Below, piece by piece: positions 1 to 7,942 of a stretch of DNA of 33,702 bases. A program made the translations under genes and the position numbers. The notes beneath the pieces are model-generated. The model made no database searches and was not told the origin of the DNA. It saw only the letters and a program-made list of their open reading frames with translations. Position 1 is the first letter of the stretch; each line of letters starts with the position of its first letter. Origin of the DNA: a virus (lineage: Duplodnaviria; Caudoviricetes); IMG/VR virus record IMGVR_UViG_3300022695_000109, positions 1-33,702 of that record; one strand, given 5' to 3'.

Positions 1-99
1 GCGAAACGGATGGAGTGGAAACTCAAGCGAATAGAATATGAGAGGCAGATCGGGGGCAAGCAATGAAATTCTTGCTCACGGCCTTTATTCTCATGCAGA
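1..99. repeat. Terminal direct repeat, copy 1 (circular assembly overlap)
   Basis: Bases 1-99 are identical to 33604-33702, and reading frames continue across the join. Unit genome is about 33603 bp. Confidence 0.95.
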
Positions 100-275
100 C
101 GCCCAACAGCACGCTTCGGGTCGAACAGCACTTTATATTCCCCTTCGCCACGGAAAAACAATGTCAGGACGTGGGCGAGGGCTGGCTGAACAACGCCGCG
201 AAAAGGGCTATCGCGTCTCATTGGGAAATTCTCAACGGCGGAATTGAGTGCAAACCACAGGAGGTTGACGGATGA
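63..275 (+). CDS. Small exported/periplasmic protein in the lysis region
   Basis: Hydrophobic N-terminus (MKFLLTAFILM) and two Cys; ATGA-coupled to the upstream gene and to the endolysin. Confidence 0.6.
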   Translation: MKFLLTAFILMQTPNSTLRVEQHFIFPFATEKQCQDVGEGWLNNAAKRAIASHWEILNGGIECKPQEVDG

Positions 276-958
276 AACCGAACAAGGCAACGATCAGGCT
301 TATTCGAAGTTTTGAGCAATGCCGCTTAGTGTCGTATCGTGACGGGGCTGGGGTGTGGACTATCGGATGGGGAACAACATCGCGCGCGCTACCAGACGTC
401 ACCGTGACACGGGGCATGACTATCACGCAAGAACAGGCTGACGACTATTTCGAGCGCACCATCGAGTTGTTCGGGCATGGCATCCTGAAACTAATGGAGC
501 GCAAGCCAACGGGCAACCAATACGGGGCTATGCTCTCGCTCACCTACAACATCGGCGTTCCTACCTTCTCTCGGTCAACCTGCCTTCGGCGCTTTAACGC
601 TGGCGACATTGAGGGCGCGGCCCTCGCCTTAACGTGGTTTAAGAAGTCTGGCGGAATTGTCGTTGACGGGTTGATCCGGCGCAGGGAAGCCGAGCGGGTT
701 CTGTTTTTGTCTGGGATGGTAACGGCGCACGGCACAAAGTCACCTGTTGATCCTATCAAGACGCCCATGAAGTCAACAACCAACATGGCAGCGGCAGCGG
801 CGGGCCTGAGTATGGCCGCAAGCGCAAGCCAGAACGCGAAGGATGTGATCGGGAATCTCGGCATCAACCCAACGTGGATGCTTCTTATCATTGGCCTCGC
901 GGCGGTCGGCTGGATATTCCGCGAAAGGATCAAGAAAATGTACGAGGAGGGTGTCTGA
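272..958 (+). CDS. Endolysin, GH24 lysozyme with a C-terminal membrane helix
   Basis: Catalytic E-x8-D-x5-T (EQCRLVSYRDGAGVWT), TIGWG, YNIG and GLIRRREAERVLF motifs; C-terminal WMLLIIGLAAVGWIF followed by basic residues. Confidence 0.93.
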   Translation: MKPNKATIRLIRSFEQCRLVSYRDGAGVWTIGWGTTSRALPDVTVTRGMTITQEQADDYFERTIELFGHGILKLMERKPTGNQYGAMLSLTYNIGVPTFSRSTCLRRFNAGDIEGAALALTWFKKSGGIVVDGLIRRREAERVLFLSGMVTAHGTKSPVDPIKTPMKSTTNMAAAAAGLSMAASASQNAKDVIGNLGINPTWMLLIIGLAAVGWIFRERIKKMYEEGV

Positions 959-1215
959 TGGTCCTAAGAGAAAAGTCGCCAGAGATCGAAGCGGTCAGAG
1001 CAGATGAGGTGTCATCACATGCTGCGTTTGACGAGGCGGTCAAAGCAGGGCGTATCGTGGACAAGCTAAGCACCATCCGGCCCTGTGTGATGGTGGCGAC
1101 ACCACAAGGCATGATCCGCGCCAAGGCTGACGAGTACATTGCAATGTCCCATAGCGGTGCGCTTTATGTTCTCAGCGAGGCGCAGGTGCAGGCAAATTAC
1201 GAAAGGGTTGGCTAA
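958..1215 (+). CDS. Hypothetical protein resembling the phage PGDYG / 'TLEG..GD.I..GE.YP' family
   Basis: TGATG-coupled start at 958; IEAV...TPQGMIRAKADEYIAMSHSGALYVL...NYE pattern. Confidence 0.55.
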   Translation: MVLREKSPEIEAVRADEVSSHAAFDEAVKAGRIVDKLSTIRPCVMVATPQGMIRAKADEYIAMSHSGALYVLSEAQVQANYERVG

Positions 1216-1326
1216 TGTATGAGGTCAGGGGCAGCAAATACGCTGGTGCGCGACTTCGATCTGTGACGACGGATCATAGTTGTTCGGGGTGGCCGCGCAC
1301 GTCTCCCCGTCTCCGAGCAACGAACC

Positions 1327-1695
1327 ATGTTTAGCTTTATCCTCAAATGGCTAACGGGCGGCGGGCTGAATGGGCTTGCCGCTGAGTTGCGTAAAGCAAA
1401 CAAGGATCGACTTGACGCAAAGAACAACTCGGACCGGGTAGCGGCTGACGAGCGTATCCACAGCATTTCCCTGAGAATGGAAGCGCAGACCAAGGGGGCG
1501 GCAACATGGCTTCCCAAGGTGGTGCGTGCGTCTTTCGCGTCCATCACGCTGATCTACTATGCCAAACTGGTTGTGTGGGATACGGTTCTTGGGCTTGGTG
1601 TGACGAACCCCCTCGGCGGGTTCGCTGATAAAACCATGACCGCGACCGTGTTTTTCTATTTCTTGGACGGGTCACTCGCCAAGCTGCGGGGGTGA
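1327..1695 (+). CDS. Putative holin / lysis membrane protein
   Basis: Amphipathic N-terminus and two C-terminal hydrophobic segments; last gene of the lysis cassette. Confidence 0.55.
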   Translation: MFSFILKWLTGGGLNGLAAELRKANKDRLDAKNNSDRVAADERIHSISLRMEAQTKGAATWLPKVVRASFASITLIYYAKLVVWDTVLGLGVTNPLGGFADKTMTATVFFYFLDGSLAKLRG

Positions 1696-1953
1696 GGGCT
1701 TCCACATAGAGCAACAGTGTTCGGCTCTCGTTACAAGCGCGGCATAATATCCCGAACCATCCTCGGCCATTGCGGTTGTTTTGGCAAACTCTGGTTTCAG
1801 GGTTTCCGCCGTGCGGTTGGCGTTCCACTCAGTTGTTTCCTCGGAGTGTGGCGTGGCTTTACACCGTTGGAAAAGTCTTTGAACTAAGCTATGTGTGATA
1901 TACCCCTTATCCCACCAGATGCAGTTTTTGCAGGTTTTCGGTGCGCCACTCAT
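1672..1953 (-). CDS. Cys-rich hypothetical protein
   Basis: Start MSGAPK after a GGAG RBS; CxxC..W and HCC..W motifs. Confidence 0.65.
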   Translation of the reverse strand: MSGAPKTCKNCIWWDKGYITHSLVQRLFQRCKATPHSEETTEWNANRTAETLKPEFAKTTAMAEDGSGYYAALVTRAEHCCSMWKPSPPQLGE

Positions 1954-2105
1954 TCCTCTGTCTCCTTTGGTTTGATGCGAAATTTCCCACACGCTGAGCA
2001 TATCTGTTGGCCGACCCCATAGGGATCAAACTCTGTCCAGTAATGCCCCGCCGCTGCACAGGCTTCGTCAAACTCCCGCGTCAGCTTCTCAACAATGTCA
2101 GTCAT
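1950..2105 (-). CDS. 51-aa putative zinc-binding protein (not in ORF track)
   Basis: Hand translation gives MTDIVEKLTREFDEACAAAGHYWTEFDPYGVGQQICSACGKFRIKPKETEE; ATGA overlaps at both ends. Confidence 0.7.
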   Translation of the reverse strand: MTDIVEKLTREFDEACAAAGHYWTEFDPYGVGQQICSACGKFRIKPKETEE

Positions 2106-2392
2106 TGCAGGGCGGCCTTCCATTTTTGCAGGGCTTCTTTGGCATCATCAATTAGCCAGTTAAGTTCCCCGTCGCCTAAGGAGTACCGTTCGGCCACTTC
2201 CTTACAAGCCTCAGCCAAACCCTCAGCCGCTTCTATCTTTTGCCGATCAGCCGCCATGTCGTTTATTGTTGCTTCGATCCAGTCAGCTTTTGTGTTGATC
2301 TCTTTCTCAGCCACTTCCAGCTTGGCTTTCAGGTCGTCCCGCTCTTGGCACACGCGGTCATGCCTTGCGATACATTCGTCAACACAATTCAT
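2102..2392 (-). CDS. Hypothetical coiled-coil protein
   Basis: Translationally coupled ORF in the early operon; helical, charged composition. Confidence 0.7.
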   Translation of the reverse strand: MNCVDECIARHDRVCQERDDLKAKLEVAEKEINTKADWIEATINDMAADRQKIEAAEGLAEACKEVAERYSLGDGELNWLIDDAKEALQKWKAALQ

Positions 2393-2676
2393 TCCATATC
2401 CTCCACAGCTTTGATCGCGGCGCGCAGCCTTGTAACCTGTCTTGCCGAGAACGAGCTGGGGCTAACTACTGCTTTAGCCGCCTCGACTAACTCCTTCACA
2501 GGGTCCGGCTCTAGGGCGTAGGCTATGACTTGAAGCCAATATACGTCTGACACAGACTGAAACTGCCCGACTTGCCGAATTGGGTCGTACTCATAACGGA
2601 ATATCAGATCGACCTTAGCATCACTTGGCAGGTCAGGCTCCACACCATTACAGGCTATCCATGTGAGTTTACTCAT
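2389..2676 (-). CDS. Hypothetical protein, tandem paralog copy B
   Basis: Start MSKLTWIACNGV at 2676; shares blocks with 2669-2974. Confidence 0.8.
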   Translation of the reverse strand: MSKLTWIACNGVEPDLPSDAKVDLIFRYEYDPIRQVGQFQSVSDVYWLQVIAYALEPDPVKELVEAAKAVVSPSSFSARQVTRLRAAIKAVEDME

Positions 2677-2974
2677 CTCCCATATCCTCCACAGCTTTGA
2701 TCGCGGCACGTAGGCGGAACCAATGAGACATTGGAATACCAGCCTTTCTTTCCTGCTCAGATAAGATATTCGCCGCCTCGACCAGTTCCTTCACAGGGTC
2801 CACAGGCGCTAGGGCGTAGGCTATGGACTGCTCCCACACCCACTCATTCCTAGCATAAAAAGTGTTAGTGTCCACGACACTGCCTGTAACTGCACGCCAG
2901 AGTACCCTTACCTTAGCCCCCTTCGGCAGGTCAGGCTTAACACCGTTGCAAGCGATCCATGTTAGTTTACTCAT
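2669..2974 (-). CDS. Hypothetical protein, tandem paralog copy A
   Basis: MSKLTWIACNGV.PDLP..AKV, IAYAL, DPVKELVEAA and RLRAAIKAVEDM are shared with the neighbouring gene. Confidence 0.8.
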   Translation of the reverse strand: MSKLTWIACNGVKPDLPKGAKVRVLWRAVTGSVVDTNTFYARNEWVWEQSIAYALAPVDPVKELVEAANILSEQERKAGIPMSHWFRLRAAIKAVEDMGDE

Positions 2975-3306
2975 CGTGTTTCCCCCCCCGTCAGAGCATG
3001 TTCAACAGCGGCGAGGACTGTTTCCCTGTATTCGGAATTGCCCCCGTCGCTTGCCTTAAATTCGAAGGTGACTTCAAACCCGTCGGTCGGGTATCTGATG
3101 GAAATTACCGTGAGGCCAGACTGTAGCAGGTGCGCTTGTCGAACGGCGTTCTGAACACCTGTGGCGAGGAAATTGTGCCAAGGCTGGCCTTCGCTGTCTG
3201 GCTCCGAAAGCCACGTTTCGATCTGTTCGATCACGGTCTCAGTGCCAGAATGTTCGGCGTGCCACATAAGAAGCGCCATTGCGTCGGGAATGTCGGTAGT
3301 GTTCAT
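2971..3306 (-). CDS. Hypothetical protein
   Basis: Coupled ORF with a GGAGGG RBS. Confidence 0.7.
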   Translation of the reverse strand: MNTTDIPDAMALLMWHAEHSGTETVIEQIETWLSEPDSEGQPWHNFLATGVQNAVRQAHLLQSGLTVISIRYPTDGFEVTFEFKASDGGNSEYRETVLAAVEHALTGGETR

Positions 3307-3599
3307 CGTTTCCCCTCCTGTTTCAAAAGTGCGAACGCCTCATCAACGGCGTGCCGCGCCCACTCCTCGCGGTTTCTCTCTGTCACTGAGAACATGGACT
3401 TCCCAGCCTCTCGGCGGGCTTCTGCGGCTGTCCGTTCCGCCATGTATTCGAGGTTGTTATCCAGCGATATGGCAAGCGTGCGAATTAAGTCTAGTAGCTT
3501 GTCTTTTTTTGCACACCCGCATTTTTGACCATGAGCCGCTGACATGCAGCAAGGCTCAGCATCAGGTAACTGTCTGGTAATATCTGAGTGGTTCGTCAT
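3303..3599 (-). CDS. Hypothetical protein
   Basis: Coupled ORF with an N-terminal Cys cluster. Confidence 0.65.
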   Translation of the reverse strand: MTNHSDITRQLPDAEPCCMSAAHGQKCGCAKKDKLLDLIRTLAISLDNNLEYMAERTAAEARREAGKSMFSVTERNREEWARHAVDEAFALLKQEGKR

Positions 3600-3964
3600 T
3601 TCGCTTCCTTTCTCTGCGCCTCAACAAACCCGCTGAATATCGTCGCTAGCATGGCGGCGTTTGGCGCGCTAATATACATCTCGTATTTCTCTGGTGGCTG
3701 GCCTTCCATTTTGCGCTCATAGATAATTTGCAGGGCCGGGTCGCTCATATCCCCGTCTCCGGTTATGGTCCAAGCTGCGCTAACATCTGCGTCAAATATG
3801 GACACGCTGGCGTAGTCTGCAAAAAGTTCATTGCGGTAAAATTCGGTCATAGGGTTCGGGGCGTTCTCGCTTTCAAACGCGGCGCGAGCCTCTTGCAGCA
3901 GATCCTCTAATTCGCTGGTGGCGTTTCCTATATTCCCCGCTAGGTCTTCGGCTGTGTCTTTCAT
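3596..3964 (-). CDS. Hypothetical acidic protein
   Basis: TAATG-coupled to the AAA gene; GGAG RBS. Confidence 0.7.
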   Translation of the reverse strand: MKDTAEDLAGNIGNATSELEDLLQEARAAFESENAPNPMTEFYRNELFADYASVSIFDADVSAAWTITGDGDMSDPALQIIYERKMEGQPPEKYEMYISAPNAAMLATIFSGFVEAQRKEAK

Positions 3965-4848
3965 TAGAATTCTCCTGTTTCGTCGGCTTTGGCGCAGGTG
4001 GTTTTTAACTCCGCCATGATTGGTTTAAGGGCGTCCCGTTCGTCGCTTGTTGAAACGTCCTTCCAGAAAATTAGAAATTGTTCCCGCCCCTCATTGGCGA
4101 TCGTGCGCGCCCGGTCCCATAGTTCTTTGTTAGGCTCGGCCAGGCTATCCCCTCGCGCCCAGGCGGCCAGGGCCACACCGCCAGCGGTGTTGATATGTTG
4201 TCCCGGCTGGAAAGACATTCGGTGTTGATCCTGTATTTTGTGGGGCAGGGTTAGGTCGATCACGCCTGGCGCGTCGGGCCTGAGTGTAAAACTGGCGGTC
4301 ATTTCATACCCAAACCGCTTTTCGCAAATTGGATGCCAGCCGGCGTTCTCAACAATGATGCGCCCCCGATCGTCTTTCTTGCTCATGTCGATTTTTTCCT
4401 CGGCACGCAGACAGAAAATTAGGTGTGCGCGGGTCTGCAAAAACCCGTTCATCATTTTCTTGTGGCGGGCCTTTGGCTCTTTCCAGGCGCCGGGCCCCTT
4501 GGCGCTTGACTTGTCTGCGGCCTCCATGATGCCGCCAGCGCCGTCAAACTCGTGTGACATACTATCAACCACGATTGTCTCATATCCCTCCCCAGCGGCC
4601 ACCCTGACCGCCTCAGCGTATCGCTCAGGGGTAAAAGGCGGCTCAAAGTCGGCATGGTCAAAGCGAAATTGGTCGGCGTAGTGCAAACCGCGCCCTGCCT
4701 CGGTGTCAATCACAGCAAAGGGCTTGTCCCCGCAGATACCCGCCGCGAGGGTCATGGCGGAAAATGTTTTCCCGGATCCGCTGGCGCCCGCCAGGCCAAT
4801 CAACAGGTGCGAGTTGACGCGTTTGGCTGATGAAAATGTAAATGCCAT
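3964..4848 (-). CDS. AAA ATPase, Sak4/AAA_24-like phage recombination protein
   Basis: Walker A GASGSGKT, IDTE and Walker B IVVDSMSHE. Likely start MAFTF at 4848, coupled to the exonuclease stop. Confidence 0.85.
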   Translation of the reverse strand: MAFTFSSAKRVNSHLLIGLAGASGSGKTFSAMTLAAGICGDKPFAVIDTEAGRGLHYADQFRFDHADFEPPFTPERYAEAVRVAAGEGYETIVVDSMSHEFDGAGGIMEAADKSSAKGPGAWKEPKARHKKMMNGFLQTRAHLIFCLRAEEKIDMSKKDDRGRIIVENAGWHPICEKRFGYEMTASFTLRPDAPGVIDLTLPHKIQDQHRMSFQPGQHINTAGGVALAAWARGDSLAEPNKELWDRARTIANEGREQFLIFWKDVSTSDERDALKPIMAELKTTCAKADETGEF

Positions 4849-5753
4849 TATTTTCCCTCCGGTTTTTGGGCATCGTAGGCGGCACGCAGCGCCTCGTCGG
4901 TCGCCTGGTCGCTGTCTTTGTCGTCGGTTGCGTTGCGCTCGTGCCATTCCGGGCACTCAGCCAGGATTGTTTGCGAGGGCCACAGCGGCCAATCCCCCGA
5001 GGCGTTGCACCGTTTCCAGAGCAGCAAGGCGCGGTCCCGGCGCATTTCCCCGCACGCGATAAACGTCGGATCAATCTCGACAACCATCAGCCCAAACGGG
5101 TCGGCTACTTCCTGGACAACGAAAAACTGGCGGGGCTCTTGGCCTGTTAAGAGTTTCCACCCTGCGCCGTAGTGCGCGGCCGTCCTATCCCATCCAGACC
5201 GGGCAATGTGCGCTGATATGGTGTTCGGCGAAATAGCAATCCCGGTTGTTTTGTAATGCACAATAATGTTTGCCGATCTGGACGACAGGTCGGGCCGGGC
5301 GCGGCACCAGGTCCCGGCTTCCTGCCAAACCATTGTATCCTCTGGCGTTAGATCTGGGAATATCGGGCCCAGGTCTGGGTTCAATGAGATCTGGCGCTCG
5401 GCAGCCTTCACCATTTTATCAATGACGGCCGCTTGGTTTGCCAATAGCGGGATCTTTCCGGCGGCGTAAGCTTCGGCGCGCGCTTCCTTTGCGATCTTTG
5501 TGCGCCAGTCTTCGGCGTCAATGACGGCAATTCCTTCGCCGGATTTTGTCAGCATGGTGTGCGCGGCGGATCCAACATCAAACCGGCTGGCTGTCGCCTC
5601 TTTGAAATTGGAGTTAAGCCGGCGGTTTTCTAGCCAGGCGTGCCGGGGGGATTGGGCCAACATGGTTGATCCCTGGCTTGCCGTAAGCGACGGCGCGTCT
5701 GCGGGGTCTGCAAGGTAATCTTCCATCGGCATTGTGTAAAAGCCAGGTTTCAT
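4848..5753 (-). CDS. PD-(D/E)XK exonuclease, RecE/exonuclease VIII (DUF3799)-like
   Basis: Y.ADP...SL..S, SP.HAW, GSAAH, RARPD and YKTT motifs; adjacent to the Sak4-like gene. Confidence 0.82.
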   Translation of the reverse strand: MKPGFYTMPMEDYLADPADAPSLTASQGSTMLAQSPRHAWLENRRLNSNFKEATASRFDVGSAAHTMLTKSGEGIAVIDAEDWRTKIAKEARAEAYAAGKIPLLANQAAVIDKMVKAAERQISLNPDLGPIFPDLTPEDTMVWQEAGTWCRARPDLSSRSANIIVHYKTTGIAISPNTISAHIARSGWDRTAAHYGAGWKLLTGQEPRQFFVVQEVADPFGLMVVEIDPTFIACGEMRRDRALLLWKRCNASGDWPLWPSQTILAECPEWHERNATDDKDSDQATDEALRAAYDAQKPEGK

Positions 5754-5959
5754 TTGTTGATCTCCTCTAAGAGTTTCCGGCGTAGGTTTAGCAATGCGGC
5801 CGCGTCGCCACTAACGAGCGGCCAAACAAGCGCGGATCCGTGGCTAAGCGCCCATTTCCGCGCCGCGTTTCGGCAATCCGGGCAGCAGTATTTTTGGCGG
5901 TTGTGTGTGGGAGCGAATTTTTTCCCACACCGGAACCAGTAGCATTTCAGGATTTTCAT
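5750..5959 (-). CDS. Small zinc-finger protein
   Basis: C-x4-CGKKF...QKYCCPDCR motif. Confidence 0.7.
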   Translation of the reverse strand: MKILKCYWFRCGKKFAPTHNRQKYCCPDCRNAARKWALSHGSALVWPLVSGDAAALLNLRRKLLEEINK

Positions 5960-6045
5960 TGCAGGGCCCAGCCGATCACCAGGAACCCGTAGGCCGTCGC
6001 AAACAGGAACAAGAGGCCGATCAGATCAAAGATTGCGTCTTTCAT
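5956..6045 (-). CDS. 29-aa single-helix membrane peptide (not in ORF track)
   Basis: MKDAIFDLIGLLFLFATAYGFLVIGWALQ; ATGA overlaps on both sides fill the gap exactly. Confidence 0.7.
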   Translation of the reverse strand: MKDAIFDLIGLLFLFATAYGFLVIGWALQ

Positions 6046-6365
6046 TTTAATTCCCCTTTGGCTTTGCCGTCTTCGTAGTATTCGCGGGCCCGGTCTTCGA
6101 TCATTGGGTTGACGTTTGCCTCGGGGTATTCCCACCAGAATTTTTCGAACTCCGAAAAGAGATCGTCGATTATTTCGTTGGTGACTTCCTTTGCGGTTTC
6201 AAATTTCCCCGTCTCAACATCAAGGTCGATCTGGAAAGCCCTCGCGGTGGTGCGGTGAGTCTGGCCCATATCTGTGACCGAGGATAGCGCCCCAAGGTAA
6301 TCCTCGCTCACGGTGGCATCTATGGCCCCATCGGGCCATTGGTGTTTGACAAAAAACAGTTTCAT
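6042..6365 (-). CDS. Hypothetical acidic early protein
   Basis: Start MKLFF at 6365 after an AAGGAG RBS. Confidence 0.7.
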   Translation of the reverse strand: MKLFFVKHQWPDGAIDATVSEDYLGALSSVTDMGQTHRTTARAFQIDLDVETGKFETAKEVTNEIIDDLFSEFEKFWWEYPEANVNPMIEDRAREYYEDGKAKGELK

Positions 6366-6388
6366 GTTTTGATCTCCTTCTTTGTTAA

Positions 6389-7018
6389 TCACGCGACGGG
6401 CGAAAGTGTTCTGGCGAACCGTTCCAAGGCTTCCGTTGCCCAAACACCGAAGGGCGTCTGTATGGATATTGCCTCGGCGTCTGCTTCGAAATAACCGTCG
6501 TATTGGTTATTGACCCAGATTTTCCCGGCTTCGATCGCCGCCGCAACATCATCGTGGAATTTCTTAGGGTAAGCGCCAAGGGCTTGCGCCCGTGTTTCGG
6601 GGCTCAATTCACGCCGGCAGAATATGTAATCAGCGCCGCTACATTCGATCGCATCCTCGCGGGGTTGGGCACGCTTGTATCCTTCAACGTACCCGCCGCA
6701 ATCTGTTGTCCCTTCACTTACCCCAAGCGAGGCGTTGCCGTCGGGATAAAGCCAGAAGCGCTTGCTATAAGCGTAATCTATGGACCCATCAAAGCCGGCA
6801 CATTTGAACACGCTGACGACTTTTTCAACGTCTTCGGCGCGGGGCCCGTCTGTCCATCTCACGTTGATGCTCGACCCGCCGGCGTATTCTTCCGACCGAA
6901 CAGAGAATTTCTGTTTCCAGAAGTTCCGGGTTAAGACCGTTCTGATGAGGCGCGCGGTTTGGGCCGCTGTTATATAGCCGCCATTCTCTTGTGCGATTTC
7001 ATAAACGGGGTGTTTCAT
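6389..7018 (-). CDS. LPD29 (large polyvalent protein-associated domain 29)-like protein
   Basis: TARLIR..L...F...KFSVRSEEYAGGSSINVRWTDGP....V......F....FDG..D signature. Confidence 0.75.
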   Translation of the reverse strand: MKHPVYEIAQENGGYITAAQTARLIRTVLTRNFWKQKFSVRSEEYAGGSSINVRWTDGPRAEDVEKVVSVFKCAGFDGSIDYAYSKRFWLYPDGNASLGVSEGTTDCGGYVEGYKRAQPREDAIECSGADYIFCRRELSPETRAQALGAYPKKFHDDVAAAIEAGKIWVNNQYDGYFEADAEAISIQTPFGVWATEALERFARTLSPVA

Positions 7019-7242
7019 TGGTCATTTCCTTTCAAAACCGTTCTGTCGATTTCAAATTTCGTCCGCCTGGTGCGCCTGGCAATTTCCATTGCTGTTAGGC
7101 CGGGCCATTCGGCGTGCATGGTGGTGACGTCTTCATCCGTCATGCCGTGCTTGCGCTCTTGGATGAGCGTTTCAAGGTCGATCTGGCGGGATCCTGGCTG
7201 GCTGTTGGCGCCAAGATCAAAGAGATCAGGTTCGGGGATCAT
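7015..7242 (-). CDS. Small protein with a possible HTH
   Basis: GLTAMEIARRTRRTKFEIDR resembles a helix-turn-helix. Confidence 0.5.
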   Translation of the reverse strand: MIPEPDLFDLGANSQPGSRQIDLETLIQERKHGMTDEDVTTMHAEWPGLTAMEIARRTRRTKFEIDRTVLKGNDQ

Positions 7243-7478
7243 TCGTCGCCCTCCTGTGTGGTTTTCCGTGTGGAATAGTCGTTTGATTTGCTATCGGCCA
7301 AGGCCCCGATCAAACGGTTAAACGTGGCATCCGGCAAATCGTAAACGGTGACTTCCTCAAGCCGCTCGACGTCGTCCGCATAACCGGTTGTTGTGAATTC
7401 CAGCGTAATCGCGTTGGCGTTGCTCTTGTCGTAATTCGCGACCCGCATCACACTGGCGTTAAAGATTGATACCTTCAT
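7239..7478 (-). CDS. Hypothetical protein, first gene of the leftward operon
   Basis: AGAGGAAAG RBS, directly downstream of the leftward promoter. Confidence 0.7.
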   Translation of the reverse strand: MKVSIFNASVMRVANYDKSNANAITLEFTTTGYADDVERLEEVTVYDLPDATFNRLIGALADSKSNDYSTRKTTQEGDE

Positions 7479-7508
7479 TTTCTTTCCTCTCTTGTTTCAA
7501 CAACACAG

Positions 7509-7536
7509 ACAATACGGGATTTCCTTGCCATGTCAA
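7509..7536 (-). promoter_or_regulatory. Leftward sigma70-type early promoter
   Basis: Minus-strand TTGACA (7536-7531), 16-nt spacer, TATTGT (7514-7509). Confidence 0.65.
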
Positions 7537-7538
7537 TG

Positions 7539-7573
7539 GTTTTTTGTAAAAAAGAGTGTGTTTTTTGTAAAAA
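7539..7573. promoter_or_regulatory. Two operator-like 14-mers, GTTTTTTGTAAAAA
   Basis: Exact copies at 7539-7552 and 7560-7573, 21 bp apart, each quasi-palindromic, in the divergent intergenic region. Confidence 0.55.
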
Positions 7574-7585
7574 CTGAGAAAAGGC

Positions 7586-7942
7586 ATGAAAATGAACGAC
7601 GAAAAGCTTTTAGTTGAAGCGCGAAAAATACAGAAGAAAGAAGGGGTTAGCCTAACTGACGCGATGGTTGCAGCAGAAGCGCGCCACGCACCAAAATCCA
7701 GGCCATACCCGGAACACTACACGGTCACGATCCCGGTAAAACAACCGGTGTCCAGGTGGATCCAGGGTGTTTTCAAATCCAACAACGCGGCCAATTTAGA
7801 GGATCGCCTCGGGGCGTATCTCGGGCAACACCTGGCGCGTGCTATGGTGAAGTACCGCAATGACGCGGCCGACGTGCCGCCTATAACGGACGGGGGGGCG
7901 GTCACGGTACGGGCTGACCAACTAAAGGAGGCGATCGGATGA
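7586..7942 (+). CDS. Hypothetical protein, possible regulator
   Basis: First rightward gene; the YTVTIPV strand followed by helices is weakly ribbon-helix-helix-like. Confidence 0.55.
   Translation: MKMNDEKLLVEARKIQKKEGVSLTDAMVAAEARHAPKSRPYPEHYTVTIPVKQPVSRWIQGVFKSNNAANLEDRLGAYLGQHLARAMVKYRNDAADVPPITDGGAVTVRADQLKEAIG

Noticed and set aside
1-99. 99-bp repeat as a biological T7-style terminal repeat or att site
   Set aside because: It cuts through coding sequence and its length matches a common assembler k-mer.
6362-6378. Partial complementarity of the candidate sRNA loop to the start of gene 6042-6365
   Set aside because: The contiguous match is only 8 nt, which is expected by chance in a genome this size.
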